A stretch of DNA of 64,000 bases from Yuukianura sp. NJ FZ-2021 (taxonomy: Eukaryota), in assembly GCA_046563655.1 (NCBI GenBank), contig CM102287.1, positions 6,448,001 through 6,512,000 of the forward strand, written 5' to 3'. Below, piece after piece: positions 45,030-56,682 of the stretch. The translations under genes were made by a program, and so were the position numbers. The first letter of the stretch is position 1, and each line of letters opens with the position of its first letter. The notes beneath the pieces were generated by a model. It was not told the origin of the DNA. It was given only the letters and a program-made list of their open reading frames with translations, and ran no database searches.

Positions 45030-48000
45030 TCATTTTAAGATCTCTATGGATGAAGTTAATTTTGTAGACTCTTGTTCAATGAAGCTGGTCATTGTCATTT
45101 CATTTTCACTTTCAGGTTTAGAATTCATTGAAAATGATGACAGGTTGATTAGCCTCCGATTTGGATTTGTATATAAGTGAAAACGTTCTTCCCGGTCTGC
45201 GAGGTTCGGATGAAGGTGCGTTGACGTCCTTCGACTACCACCACTTGAATCTACTGTCAGGAAGTTGGATTGGTGATGTGAAGGGGTCGGTGATTTGTTA
45301 GGACTATCCCAAGTGACCTTTGTCTTTAGAGAGGTTGTTGAGGTCATTGTGGATGCCCGTCGGAGTCTATGCATACTACCGCCGTTCAAATCTCCGAGTC
45401 CACAAGCATCGCTGTTGAATGATGTCGGCTGGTAGCTCTGCCTGTAGCCTCCGCGTCGTTCGACACGACTAATGTTGGGACAGCACAAGGATTTCATACT
45501 GGTACGGGGATGGCGTGACTCCGTGATACAGCAGAAAAGATGCCGGTTGAAATGCTATAAAACAGAATTAAATGTAATTTTTAACATTTTAAGTTCTTCG
45601 CCCGCTTTGTGTATTTTAGGTATGACATGATCTGTGACCTCAACCACAGACTGCCATAATAAAGTGGAATTTTGTCTAAACAAAACTTTGACTAAACTCA
45701 AGTTGCAAATGGTTATTATCCTTGTTCATACAAAAGATCTGTTTCCGGATTCAGGTCAAAAGCAGTTCCTTATCGAAAATGTTTTAAGTATACCAAAATT
45801 ATTATCAATCAACTTTAGCAGTCTGTTTTCATAAAAGATGTTATCGGCAATTTGTGCTTTGGTAATTTACTGTCTAAACACAAATTCAGTTCCACTGTGG
45901 TTGGTGCTTGAGTAATTCATTCTGGTCAATTTTCTGCTAATGCGACAGGCAAATAATTTCTAGTTTGCATAGATCTGGGCCTTGACCTGCCTTGATTCAT
46001 CACCTTTGAACAATGTATAATGTATTACATACTACAGTAGAACCCCTCGTTTTCCATCTTGAGATGATGACGAGATGATTAACTACGTGCTTTCGGAAAT
46101 CTATTCCCATCAAAATGATAAGCTCCAAAATGCGTTAGCAAAATGCGTTATATTTCGAAGAAAGTTTAAAAAGTTTTCTAAAAAAAAGTCATTACTCAAC
46201 CTATTAAGCACAACATGTCAGTTCCAATTTTGAAAATTTAGTGAAAGGATGAAACTCACCTTTCGAAAAGTTCCACTAACACAATAGAGCGTAATTGGAT
46301 TGATACATGAGTTGAGGAAGGACAAACAGAAGCCAACGATTCTGATGACATGCCAAGTGACCGTATAACTCTCCTCTGCATCCGGAACAAAGTAAAACCA
46401 GAGCAGAAATACGTGTGACAGGAAGAAGCAAATGGCAAAAATTACAACAAAAGACAGCACCATCTTCGCCACCTGAAATCCAGACATTTGTAGTAAACAG
46501 GCCAGAAGTGACAAAGCCATTACATTGTCTCCCATTACATAACTTTTATTTTACAATGTTCTGTTTTAAACTTTACCTTCTTCCGAGCCTGGATTTGTCT
46601 TCCCTGACCTTGTGCCTCGCCTGGTATGTTCCTGGTCGACAGGACTAGGTGATGTGCCATGACGACATAGAAAGAAGCGATGAGGACCAGAGGCACAAAG
46701 TAGTACACGAGTGCTTTGAACAGGACCATAATCTGTTCAAATAAAAATAAAACATGGCATCCATCACATCAACCATTACATCCTAGCACCATCTGCCTAG
46801 CGACAGCATTCTCTTGCGAATTCTGGTGATCTTCCTTGAAAATAATAACTTAGGATGAAGGAAATATGAGTACGAGGTCATGTCAATTCAAATTTAACTT
46901 TTGGGGTTCTTTGATACCTATGGGATTTTGGAATGGCGTGCTCTTAAAAGTAAAGGAAACGCAAGGCGTGTAAAGAACACCGCCGAATGATTTGTTTTTA
47001 CAATTTCCCAATTTTATTAGGTTCACTTCCTAGCAAAACAGCATTCTCTAAAAAGATGCTACACTGCTAGATGCTCTCTTAAGATAGAAACATTCCGAAA
47101 TGGAGAGATCAACATCACGTCGACTCTGTGTCCTCTCTTGGCTCACACTTTTACCAAATGGACATTTAGTTTCAGCGTCTTGAGACATGACAAAGCTGAC
47201 GTGGGAAATGGGAAATGTTGGTTTTATGGAACATAATGCCTCTGTTCTTTCTTCAACTCTAACTTTCTCTAGTACACAAACTTTTCTTCTGACTTCAGAT
47301 CCACCAACTTGCATTAGTGTGTATACCCTAACATCATTTCTTTACTTTTCTCGATTTTTTTTTAGACAAAATGCAGCACTACGCTACAAATATTTTATTT
47401 CTGGAGAAAAAAACTATATAAAGGCCGACGCATGAAACAGACTATCCATTGACCTCATGGAACTAATTGAAATCTGGAAGCTTCTGGATTTGTCAAAACC
47501 TTCATTTTTAACACAATGCACCGCCCGTCGTTCCTTTGTCCTGCCATGAACGGCGTCATGGGAATTAAATTAGGTCTGAAAATGAAAGTTTTGGAAAAGT
47601 TATACCTTAGGGTACAGTGGTCCCATGTCTTCTGGAAATGGGTAACAAACCAAGAAAATGGGCTCCGTTTCGTTGAATGTTTTGACATAGGAGAAGATGG
47701 CTGATGGAAGAGAGATGAGAATTGAAATTAACCAGATTCCTGTGGAAAAGTATAGTTCAACAAACAATATTAGTTAGCATTGGGAATTGTCGTAAAGGGA
47801 CACAAAATTCCTGAAATTGGGGAAGAACAATTTATTCATTCTTCACCACTTTCTGGTGGTTTAGCATCTAGGGAAGTGTCGTTGCCTTTGAGCTACACTA
47901 GGCACAACTTTAATAAAGATTCACTGTGGCTGGAGGATTTTCACGGTCGTTGAAATAGGGGACAAGTGCTCTCAAGTGGGACTTTCTCTTGTCGCTTCAA

Positions 48001-48698
48001 CTGTGGGGTTTTAGCATTAGAAGCCCTTACCTCCAATTGTGAAGCAAGTCATGTGCGTAGCTCGACGACCAGCAAGCTTTCTCATTGGATCGACTATGGC
48101 AAAGTAGCGATCTGCTGAGAGTGCCGTTAGAGTAAAAACTGAAACTCCAATTGAGACGTCTTTAATGAACTCGGAAAATTTGCAGACCAATACACCGTAG
48201 GGCCACGAGTCGACTGTATATACAGTAGAGGTAAACGGGACGCAGAACAAAATGACTAGAATATCTCCGACTGCTAAGGAACAAATGTACCTTGGTACAA
48301 AAAAAATTGACAAATAACATCAAAATGTTTCTCAAATTTATCAAATTGACAATTCTGACCATCGCAAATGCATATGCTTACATGTTTGGTACGTTTCGCA
48401 TTGTTCGATGTCTCAAGAAAATGAGAATGAGCGTCCCATTTCCCAAAACGCCGATTATGAATATGATTGCGAAAACAATTGGAACGATGTATGTTTCAGG
48501 ACGCTCGTGGTACGGAATGTAGGGTTCCAGGTCTGAAGGTTGGAATGGTAATTCGGTAGTGGAATTTAACGTATCTTCAATGTAGTCTTGAATAATACTC
48601 AAATCTGCCGCCTTGATAGGTTTTGGGTTGCTGAGTCCTTGACGCAGAAATGAAAACGACGAAGGCCAATCATCATTTTGCGATAAGTTCCCCATCAT
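45030..48698 (-). CDS. CCHamide-receptor-like class A neuropeptide GPCR, paralogue B (~534 aa)
   Basis: Exons 48698-48382, 48290-48031, 47739-47606, 46732-46577, 46472-46260, 45554-45030. Motifs and intron positions are the same as in paralogue A (exons 2, 4 and 5 are 260, 156 and 213 nt in both). Confidence 0.92.
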
Positions 48699-48953
48699 GC
48701 CTAAATCCCAGAATTAATCCCACAGTGGTTTAATGGATGCAATTTATAACAAATTGTGCTGCAATAAAATGTAAATACTAATAATTAATCATCTTGCACT
48801 TCGGAATTGCTTTATACAAATTTAATCAAGCAAGTGGGTTAATGAAATACAGTCTTGGGGAATTATCCTGTCAATCCTAATCCCTAAGTTATTGAGGCTT
48901 TACTTTTGGTTTGAACAGGGTTAACAATCAAATTTTTGCTGAAAAGTGCAAAT

Positions 48954-49637
48954 ATGCTTATGCTTGCTGTTGCAATACTCAGTAACTTATTGTGTTTTCA
49001 CTCGCTTCATATAGTGAAAGAACCGACTGAGGCGGATGTTGAAGACGCTGTAACCTCAATAGCGTTTACTCTTCATGCAAGGTAAGAAAACCTTTTTACA
49101 AAATTTCAAAATTATAATAATTTTGAAATATGTCTTTATTTGGTAAAGAGGGCTACCCAATGGCCTAGACCCATTTAATGGTCTTCCGGATCCTTATGTA
49201 ATCTTTTACAAAAATTCGGGTGTAAATGGATCATGGCAAGGCGTGTTCGAGACCCAACCCGTCTATGACACCCGAAAACCGAATTGGGAGGAAGTATTTG
49301 TAGACACGGACATCCGGAGAAACCACAACCACGTAAAATCATGCCTAAAAACTATTGAGTTAGGTTAGTTTAGTAAAATCATGCCTAAATGTCTACTAAT
49401 GAGTAGACATTTAGTGCGCGTGCGTTGCTTCATATCTCAATGCTTTTACAGAAATGGCGTTTTGAAATATGGGACTTTGACCCAGTTGGACCACATGAAT
49501 ACATCGGGTCAGTAACAATGCGAGCGGAAGAACTGGTCGACTTAAACCAATCTTTTCTTCCAAAAAGAATACAACCTTCAATACCCTCATCGGGGTATCT
49601 AATTTTCAGCAAAACGCATCAACACAATTACACCTAA
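48954..49637 (+). CDS. Small predicted secreted single-C2-domain protein (copine-like C2, ~165 aa)
   Basis: Exons 48954-49081, 49149-49332, 49452-49637 give MLMLAVAILSNLLCFHS...FTLHARGLPNGLDPFNGLPDPYVIFY...ETQPVYDTRKPNWEEVF...KWRFEIWDFDPVGPHEYIGSVTM. This is a hydrophobic N-terminus followed by canonical C2 motifs. Confidence 0.8.
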
Positions 49638-50550
49638 ACCCAATTTTGAAAATTGCTTTAACAAAACAATACCACTAAATTTTTTTAAGAACCCCGAAAA
49701 AAGAAACCCGTTTTGAATTCCATCAGAATCTATATTTACTAGATCAATATTTTACATCTCGTGAGAATTAAATTGCAATTGAAGAATTGAATTCATTGCA
49801 AAACATTGGAATTAGCAACGTTGAGAATATAATAAATAGGGGTTAACTTGGAATTCCGTGTCCCTCAACTAAAACCTCCTCAACCTAGTTTTGCTTTCTA
49901 TGCATCAGCAAAACATGTTGTTACGTTTTACTTTCTCTTTAAACAGAAACATTTTCCAGAAATAGCTGAAGGGAATCCAGTCAATTTGATTAACTCTTTT
50001 GTAGACAAGAAAAATAGGCTCCACAAGAGGAGCAGTTGAATCCAATTTGAATTTTAAGTAACATTGGATCTCTCTGCACAATCTAATTTCCTGGTCTACT
50101 TGATTCTACAAGTTTTTAGACAACGAAGAGTAATTTTTCAGGAAATCGGAGCTAGATGAGTCAGGGAGGAGTTAAACAACGAACAATGTTAATTACATTT
50201 CTATCAATTTTTAATTACATAAAAAGAGACAATTTCAAATTCAAACTACTAAAGTGTATTTTCCAGATCAACAAATCACTGAAGGCAGTTACTCCAAAGC
50301 GCATTTTGCGAAATTTCGCAGTCGTAGATGAAACAGTGCCTAGATTCCGTTCCACACCCCGACAAACTCTCCGTTGAAGTTTTGAAACAAAAAAAGAAAT
50401 AAAATGCTATAGGCAAAACGTGTTTTGAAGACGCTTTTAAAGTCCGTCTCGCAAAAAACTGCAACTCAGGAGCATCTCAGAGAAAAACGTTCGAATCAAC
50501 TTTACGTCGAAATTTCACAAATTTAGCCTTTCGAATCCTAATCCTAATAC

Positions 50551-50715
50551 CGGCGTCTCCGGTCGGAACACGTCATTGGTTCTAAAATGAATTAGTCCTA
50601 AAGGAGAATTGTTTCTAAAACGTTTGTTTCTAATGTGTTAAAAGTTAGGTTATTTAGAAGTGGTTTTTAGAAACTTTTCCGTTAGTAGCAATTCATTTGA
50701 AACAATGGCATGCAA
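50551..50715. repeat. Dispersed repeat fragment, homologous to 26550-26700
   Basis: Shares the sequence described for 26550-26700. Confidence 0.7.
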
Positions 50716-53700
50716 CCGTCTCGGTCATGCAAATTCGGATTAAATCTACTGAACAGACTCGGAAGAATGTAACCTAAGTGTAAGAAAATGGACACAGTTT
50801 GAGTGAAATCTTGAATTTTCAACTATTTGATTTACTTTAGAGCTTGTTCGATTGCCTCCTTTTTCGGTTCGCAGGTCTGACGAAAGTGGTGACATGTTCA
50901 AATACACCTTTTACCTTTTTCTAAAAGATAAGTTAGACAAGACTAATGGAGGGGATTAGATTTTCATTCGTTTTGGCAAGCTTTGGAAATTGGGGGTATT
51001 ACGCGTACCCATATAAAGCTCTCCACTATCCTCATACTCACATCGTCTCACCTCATCTTCTAAACCCTAAAGTGGGCGATGAAGCACTTAAGAATACTTT
51101 TTCCAATTGCCAAAAAGGACTACCGTAACCTTGTAACTGGCGTAAGTTTAAAGTAAACGTTATAAACCACATGAAAAACTAATTCCATGACATAGGACTT
51201 TGGTGAGAATGCGGATACAAAAGTTCTTCACCGCAACCCTGTCCTAATGCATCATTTCATTTACCACACATTAGCTCCGCGAACCACGACGTTCGATCAC
51301 TTTTGCAATACGGCGCAGCTTACGTTAGCTTCGTCTGTTATGTTCTTCAGTTCTTCCACTTTTAACGTAAACAAAATTAACTGCGTGCTGTTGCTTCATG
51401 CTTTGATTTTGTTTAACAAAACGTACATCACTGCTCGGTAGTGGCTAAGTGGGACCGCGTGTTTTACTGTTATTGCTTAATTTCCAAAACTGCGGCCACA
51501 AAACTTTAAATTTTCTCGGTCTGATAATAATTTATAGAGTTTAAGGTAATCTACCGATACGGTTGTTTGTTCAAGTAAACAAGCTGAAGGAAAGTTGAGA
51601 AGGAAATTAGGCCAAAGCAGCTTTCATAAGCTTCAAAAGAAAGTCTTTCCACTAATTTCAACTGCCGCAATGTCAAACAAGTTTCCCTTTCATTTTTGCA
51701 TTCAACAAAGCTAGCGAGCACATGAAGTTTCCATCCGCGAAGGAATTTTTTTTAACTCTTTGGAACATTCTTTACCCAAGAACCTAAACGAAAATAATTT
51801 AGCGGAAGGAAATAATCAACTAAATCCCTTACTCTGCAGCACTAGCAGTGTAAAGTCTTTTTGAAAAAGTTTTGGAAAAATATGCTCCCAAGAATTTACT
51901 TCCAAGACTTCGACAAAATTAATTCAACGAAATTTAATTTTTCTTTTCCGCAAACTTTCCAATAGATTTAACTTTTATTGCCTCTTCAACATCAATCACG
52001 AGTACTGTACACAGTTTTTTTTTTCGTTTTTCTGGAAAGGAATAAGGAAGTGAAAAGCTTTCCTTTTAACTATAACTAACTCGTCATCTTAATATTTTAC
52101 TTTCAAATACTTTCTTGCATATGACAACCAAGTATTCAAGAAAAAATTGCAAAAAATTTCACGGAACGAGTTGTGAGTGGACTTATTTTTCGTTTTACAT
52201 TTGGATATATTTGGGACGGAAATTGACCTTTGCCTTAGGACTGACAGGGAGATTTGGAAAGCGCAATCGGATTTCGAATTCTAGATCGAAATGTTTTAGA
52301 AAATCGTTGACTTTCGAGATTCAGAATAAGTTACAAGAAGATGCAGCATAACCGCGGCATCGTCACAAAAAAGGAGAGCTCGTAACACCTTTCCTGTCAA
52401 CAAACACAGTGACACTGACATATCACTTTGCAAAACTCACCTTTGAAACAGTTTACTTTATCCTTTCCAAATAAACGAAACGTGTAACACTAACATAGTC
52501 TCAGAAGTCCTGTCAATTCCAGAACAGCCTAACCCAATATCTATATTTCCAGCATCAAGTGAGTAGACGCCGGACTAAAACCTTATTTCACAGAACTTCA
52601 GTGTGACGCTGAACGAAATGTGAATAGACTGCTTGTTAGGAAGAATTTGAAGGACTTTAATATATGAGCCCTAGCTAAGGGCAAAACTCTGCTCAACCGG
52701 CTGTTCGCTGCAAATTTTGATATTGTATTTGAGAAGCCTGAGAAATTTCAACGAAAATAGAAAGTTTGTATCTCACCGCGAAATTGCTGTTAAGCAAATA
52801 GCACAGAAATTCGTTGCTGCTAAATTCATACTCAGTGCAGTATATTGTGCTATTTCTCAGATAAAAACGTTTAAAACATAAGTTTAAGTTAAATTAAGGT
52901 AAATACAACACTAAGTTAACCCGGTTAAGAGTGATTTCTTAAAATGCTTAAGATGATTTGAATGTTTCCGCTTTTTCAGACCAAAACTTAGAAACATTAT
53001 TTCCGTAATACCGATGAAAGTACAATATTCATTTCTTGCTATATTAATAAGTTCTATAACATCACCAAAGAACGTTTCTACGGCTAGTTCTTTTTCTATT
53101 TGCAAATGTGTTAGTGTGTTTTATAAAAAAAAAGATTTTTTTTTACATAGTTTGAATTGCTATTACTGAAAACTCCGGATGTTTTCAACTCTGTGACCTT
53201 TACACTTCTTTGTGCAAACAATAAAGAGAAGCCGACACAAGAAGTTACATTTTGAAGATGATTTCATGTATTTGCTAACGAAACTCAAAACGCCACACAA
53301 TTCCGCCAATGTTGAAGTGTGATCGTAAAGTTGTGCATATTTCGAAGCTAAAATTTTGAAGATTTCATTAAGCCATTGAATGTATCAGAAACATCAAACA
53401 CTGCTCAACCCCGAGCCCCAAAAAGATCAAATGAAGGTGTAATGAACATAATGTTAGTTGTGAAATAATTCAATGCTGTTTCGGTGTTCAAAAACACTTG
53501 TAAGGAAACTGGAAAAGTAATCAAGAAATTGAAATTTCAAACATCCAATTCAAATTAAAGTTCTTTTGACTGAAGTGGATAGAAAGAATAATACCTTTGT
53601 TTAAATTGTTCTTCCTAAGAAAAAAAAAGTATTGTTAAAAGTTAACTTCATACCTAAGAGTACTTCACATTTTTTTTAATCAAGTCAAAACTTAAGAATT

Positions 53701-56221
53701 CGCATCCATGATTTCAAAGACTTTCCCTCTACTTTCTTCAGAAAGTTCACTTGACTTAATTTATGAATTATAATTTGAAGGATTTCCACTTCAATTTCAA
53801 TTTCCTTCTTGAGGAAATGAAATGCCGAAGATAGGATTCAGAGCATAAGAAAAAGAAATCATACACTTCACAACAAAACTTTTAATTAAACTGAACTCAA
53901 TTAGAATACAAATGAGCCGTCGTCCCGCCTCGTTTATAATCATAACTCAAAGGGAAAGTGTAAAAGGGATCCACAGACATTCAACTACGCCTTTCCTTTT
54001 CTCAGTTTTGACTTTTTATGATCAATACTGAAACTTGTAGCCAACTCGTTATGGATTGCACATTGTTTCCAAAATATTTTCACCACACTCTATGTAGTTA
54101 GTCCAAAATATTGAAAACTAGTTCATTGCACTACAATATTAGGAAGAAAATATGACTGAGAACAAAGGATGATGAGATGATGTTGCAGAATTTTTGCTTC
54201 CAAATGCGTAAGTATACTGCATTATGGGAAACTGTAAATTGGCTTTACTGGTAACCTTACTGGGTTGACCCTGTTGAGAAGTTTTTCCGATGTATGTTGG
54301 AATGAAACCAATTGCTACACTTCGGAGACTTGGTCACCCTGGCAAGTGGTTAATGAAAGCAATAATAGAAAGAGAGAGAGATACTTTGTACGACGAAGGG
54401 ACCCACTTCAAAGGAACTTAATCAAGAAAAGTGGACAGAAGATGTTCGGAATTCTAAGGAGATGAGATTGAGCGAAGTCAAGGAAAGTCAACAAACCACG
54501 TTAACAGAAGGTGAAAGTAAAAAAAAGAAAGCAATAGACCCTGTCCAATGTCCAGTAAAAGACCCATTAAGGGAAAACTAAGCTTATCCGCCGAGACTGT
54601 ACTTTGTAAGCTTTTAAGTTGCTTTGCCTTTCGTAATTAAAACAAGTATTCTTTTTATCCCTGACCTAATTTTGATTATGTCTCAATTAAAATTACACAG
54701 GAAAACCCTCGGGATACAACTTTGCCCAACTGCATTGAAGGGACTAAACAAGGTTTATTGCAACACTATCTAAATCACAAGGTTTTGCAACTTGCAAATG
54801 ATGCTTTCACCATACTTGTGGCAATTCTCGCAAGATATGTATTGAAATTTACTTACCGTTAGGGGCGAATGGACATGGAATGGAGTGCTGACAGTTGGTG
54901 GTCGACAGTGAATGTGCTGATTTTAGGGAGCTGAAATACTTGCAAGCGGTGTCTGGTGATTCAAGAATACGCGTAGCGATGAAAGCTGAGGTGGATCCGT
55001 TCAAGGCGGATGCAGTTGAGGCAATGAAGGAAGATCCACGCTTAGCTAACGGGGAAAAGGCGAATGAAAACCTCCCTCTCTTTTCCATATGCCACTGACA
55101 ATCTCCAATTTACAAAAAATGTTGCACGATGATCAACTCCCTTTAGCAAGTGAAAGCGAAGCAGGTCAATTCGTAAGATTGGACAATTCCTAAGCACAAA
55201 ATTCGTAAGTAAATCTTTCATTTGCTGGGTTGGGTTTACATTTCGGAAGGATAAATTTTTGAGTTTTTTTTTTCAAAATGCAGAAAATAAGTTTCCCACC
55301 ATCTTTAAGCAGTTTTTTTTAGCGCAATATAAGTTATGCTGCCCACAATTCTCATTGAATTTAGCTTATGCTGTGTTAGGTTAGGCTTTTTAGCAATTCA
55401 GACATCGGATCTGTCAATGGACACACAGAATTAATCAACGTATTCGTTTCTGAAGTTTTCTTATTTCCTCTTCTAGGCTAAGAAGGTGCAATAAACCGTT
55501 CCTCTTCAGTTTTTAGATGATAATAGACTTTCCAAAAGAATTGTTCCAGTTTCCAGTGTTCGAAATTTCGAATTCATGGCGAGGCATTTTATAAGCTTCG
55601 GTGTTTCCATTCGGCTTAAATACATATTGAAGATAAAGACATGCTACTATATGAGTTTCGAATTGCCTGGAGCTCAATCGAAGAATATGGTTTTATACTA
55701 TTCAAACAATTGAATTAAATGTGGCAACTCCAGTCGTATTTTGGAGATTCATGTACAGACGATTTTTTGTTTTCTGGACATGAGTTGGCACAGATTAGGC
55801 TAAAATCCATGGCATCGGACCCTAGCTTAAGGGTGGTATTTTTAATGACAAAGTCAAGGTAAGGTTTGACCACGGTTCACCTAACCACGACCTACCGTAA
55901 TTACACGATTTACCGTAATTAATCGAGCCAATTAACATACCGTATTTTCCCAAATAATACACCTGGTGTACTAATTTTGTTTTCGACTTCTGGGGGTGGT
56001 GTACTATTAGAGACCTGGTGTACTATTAGGGACGGTGTATTAATTCTTTTTTCCAAAAAGCTTATTATTTTTTACTAACCTCTCATTGAAATTACGCAAG
56101 AAATATTCGAATTTTGCTTGTAAAAATTTTAAAGAAGCCTGTAAATGATGTGTATTTTGTAGAATTGCCTGTGTAGGAACAAGATAGAAAGAACATTAAT
56201 GTTTTTTCTGTTGTATTTAAT

Positions 56222-56415
56222 CAGTGTGTTGGTGGATATCCACTTTTTGAGCATTTCGTCCAAGATATATCCACTAGATAAATGGATAAATCCGGATGAA
56301 ATCCAGTTTCAGATGGACGAAATTGAGTTTCGTCCGGAAGAAACCAAGAAAATCCGGATATATCCAGCACTTTTGAGGGAAGTGGAAGAAGTATTTTATC
56401 CATCCACCAACACTG
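56222..56415. mobile_element. CAGTGTTG-type hAT-like MITE (nested)
   Basis: CAGTGTGTTGGTGGATATCCACTTTTT...CATCCACCAACACTG. The flanks TATTTAAT/TAATTTAA look like a decayed TSD. Confidence 0.7.
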
Positions 56416-56459
56416 TAATTTAATTAAATATAGCCAAACTTTTCCAGTAGGCGTATACT

Positions 56460-56682
56460 CAGAGTTGCTGGAAATCCACTTTTTCGATATCTCGTCAATG
56501 GGTGCGCATATCAAGAGACGGTTTAAAATGCAAATAAATTATTTTATAATAGTTAACTTAAATTTATTTCAACTCCGCTGAATTTTTAATTTGTTGCATT
56601 CACCGTCCACTACAACCCCATTTATTCTATTGGATATCCGGATGGATTAAGCCACTGGATGTTTAAGCATACAGCAACACTG
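56460..56682. mobile_element. CAGTGTTG-type hAT-like MITE (nested)
   Basis: CAGAGTTGCTGGAAATCCACTTTTT...CAGCAACACTG. The flanks CGTATACT/GGCATACT match at 6 of 8 positions. Confidence 0.7.
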
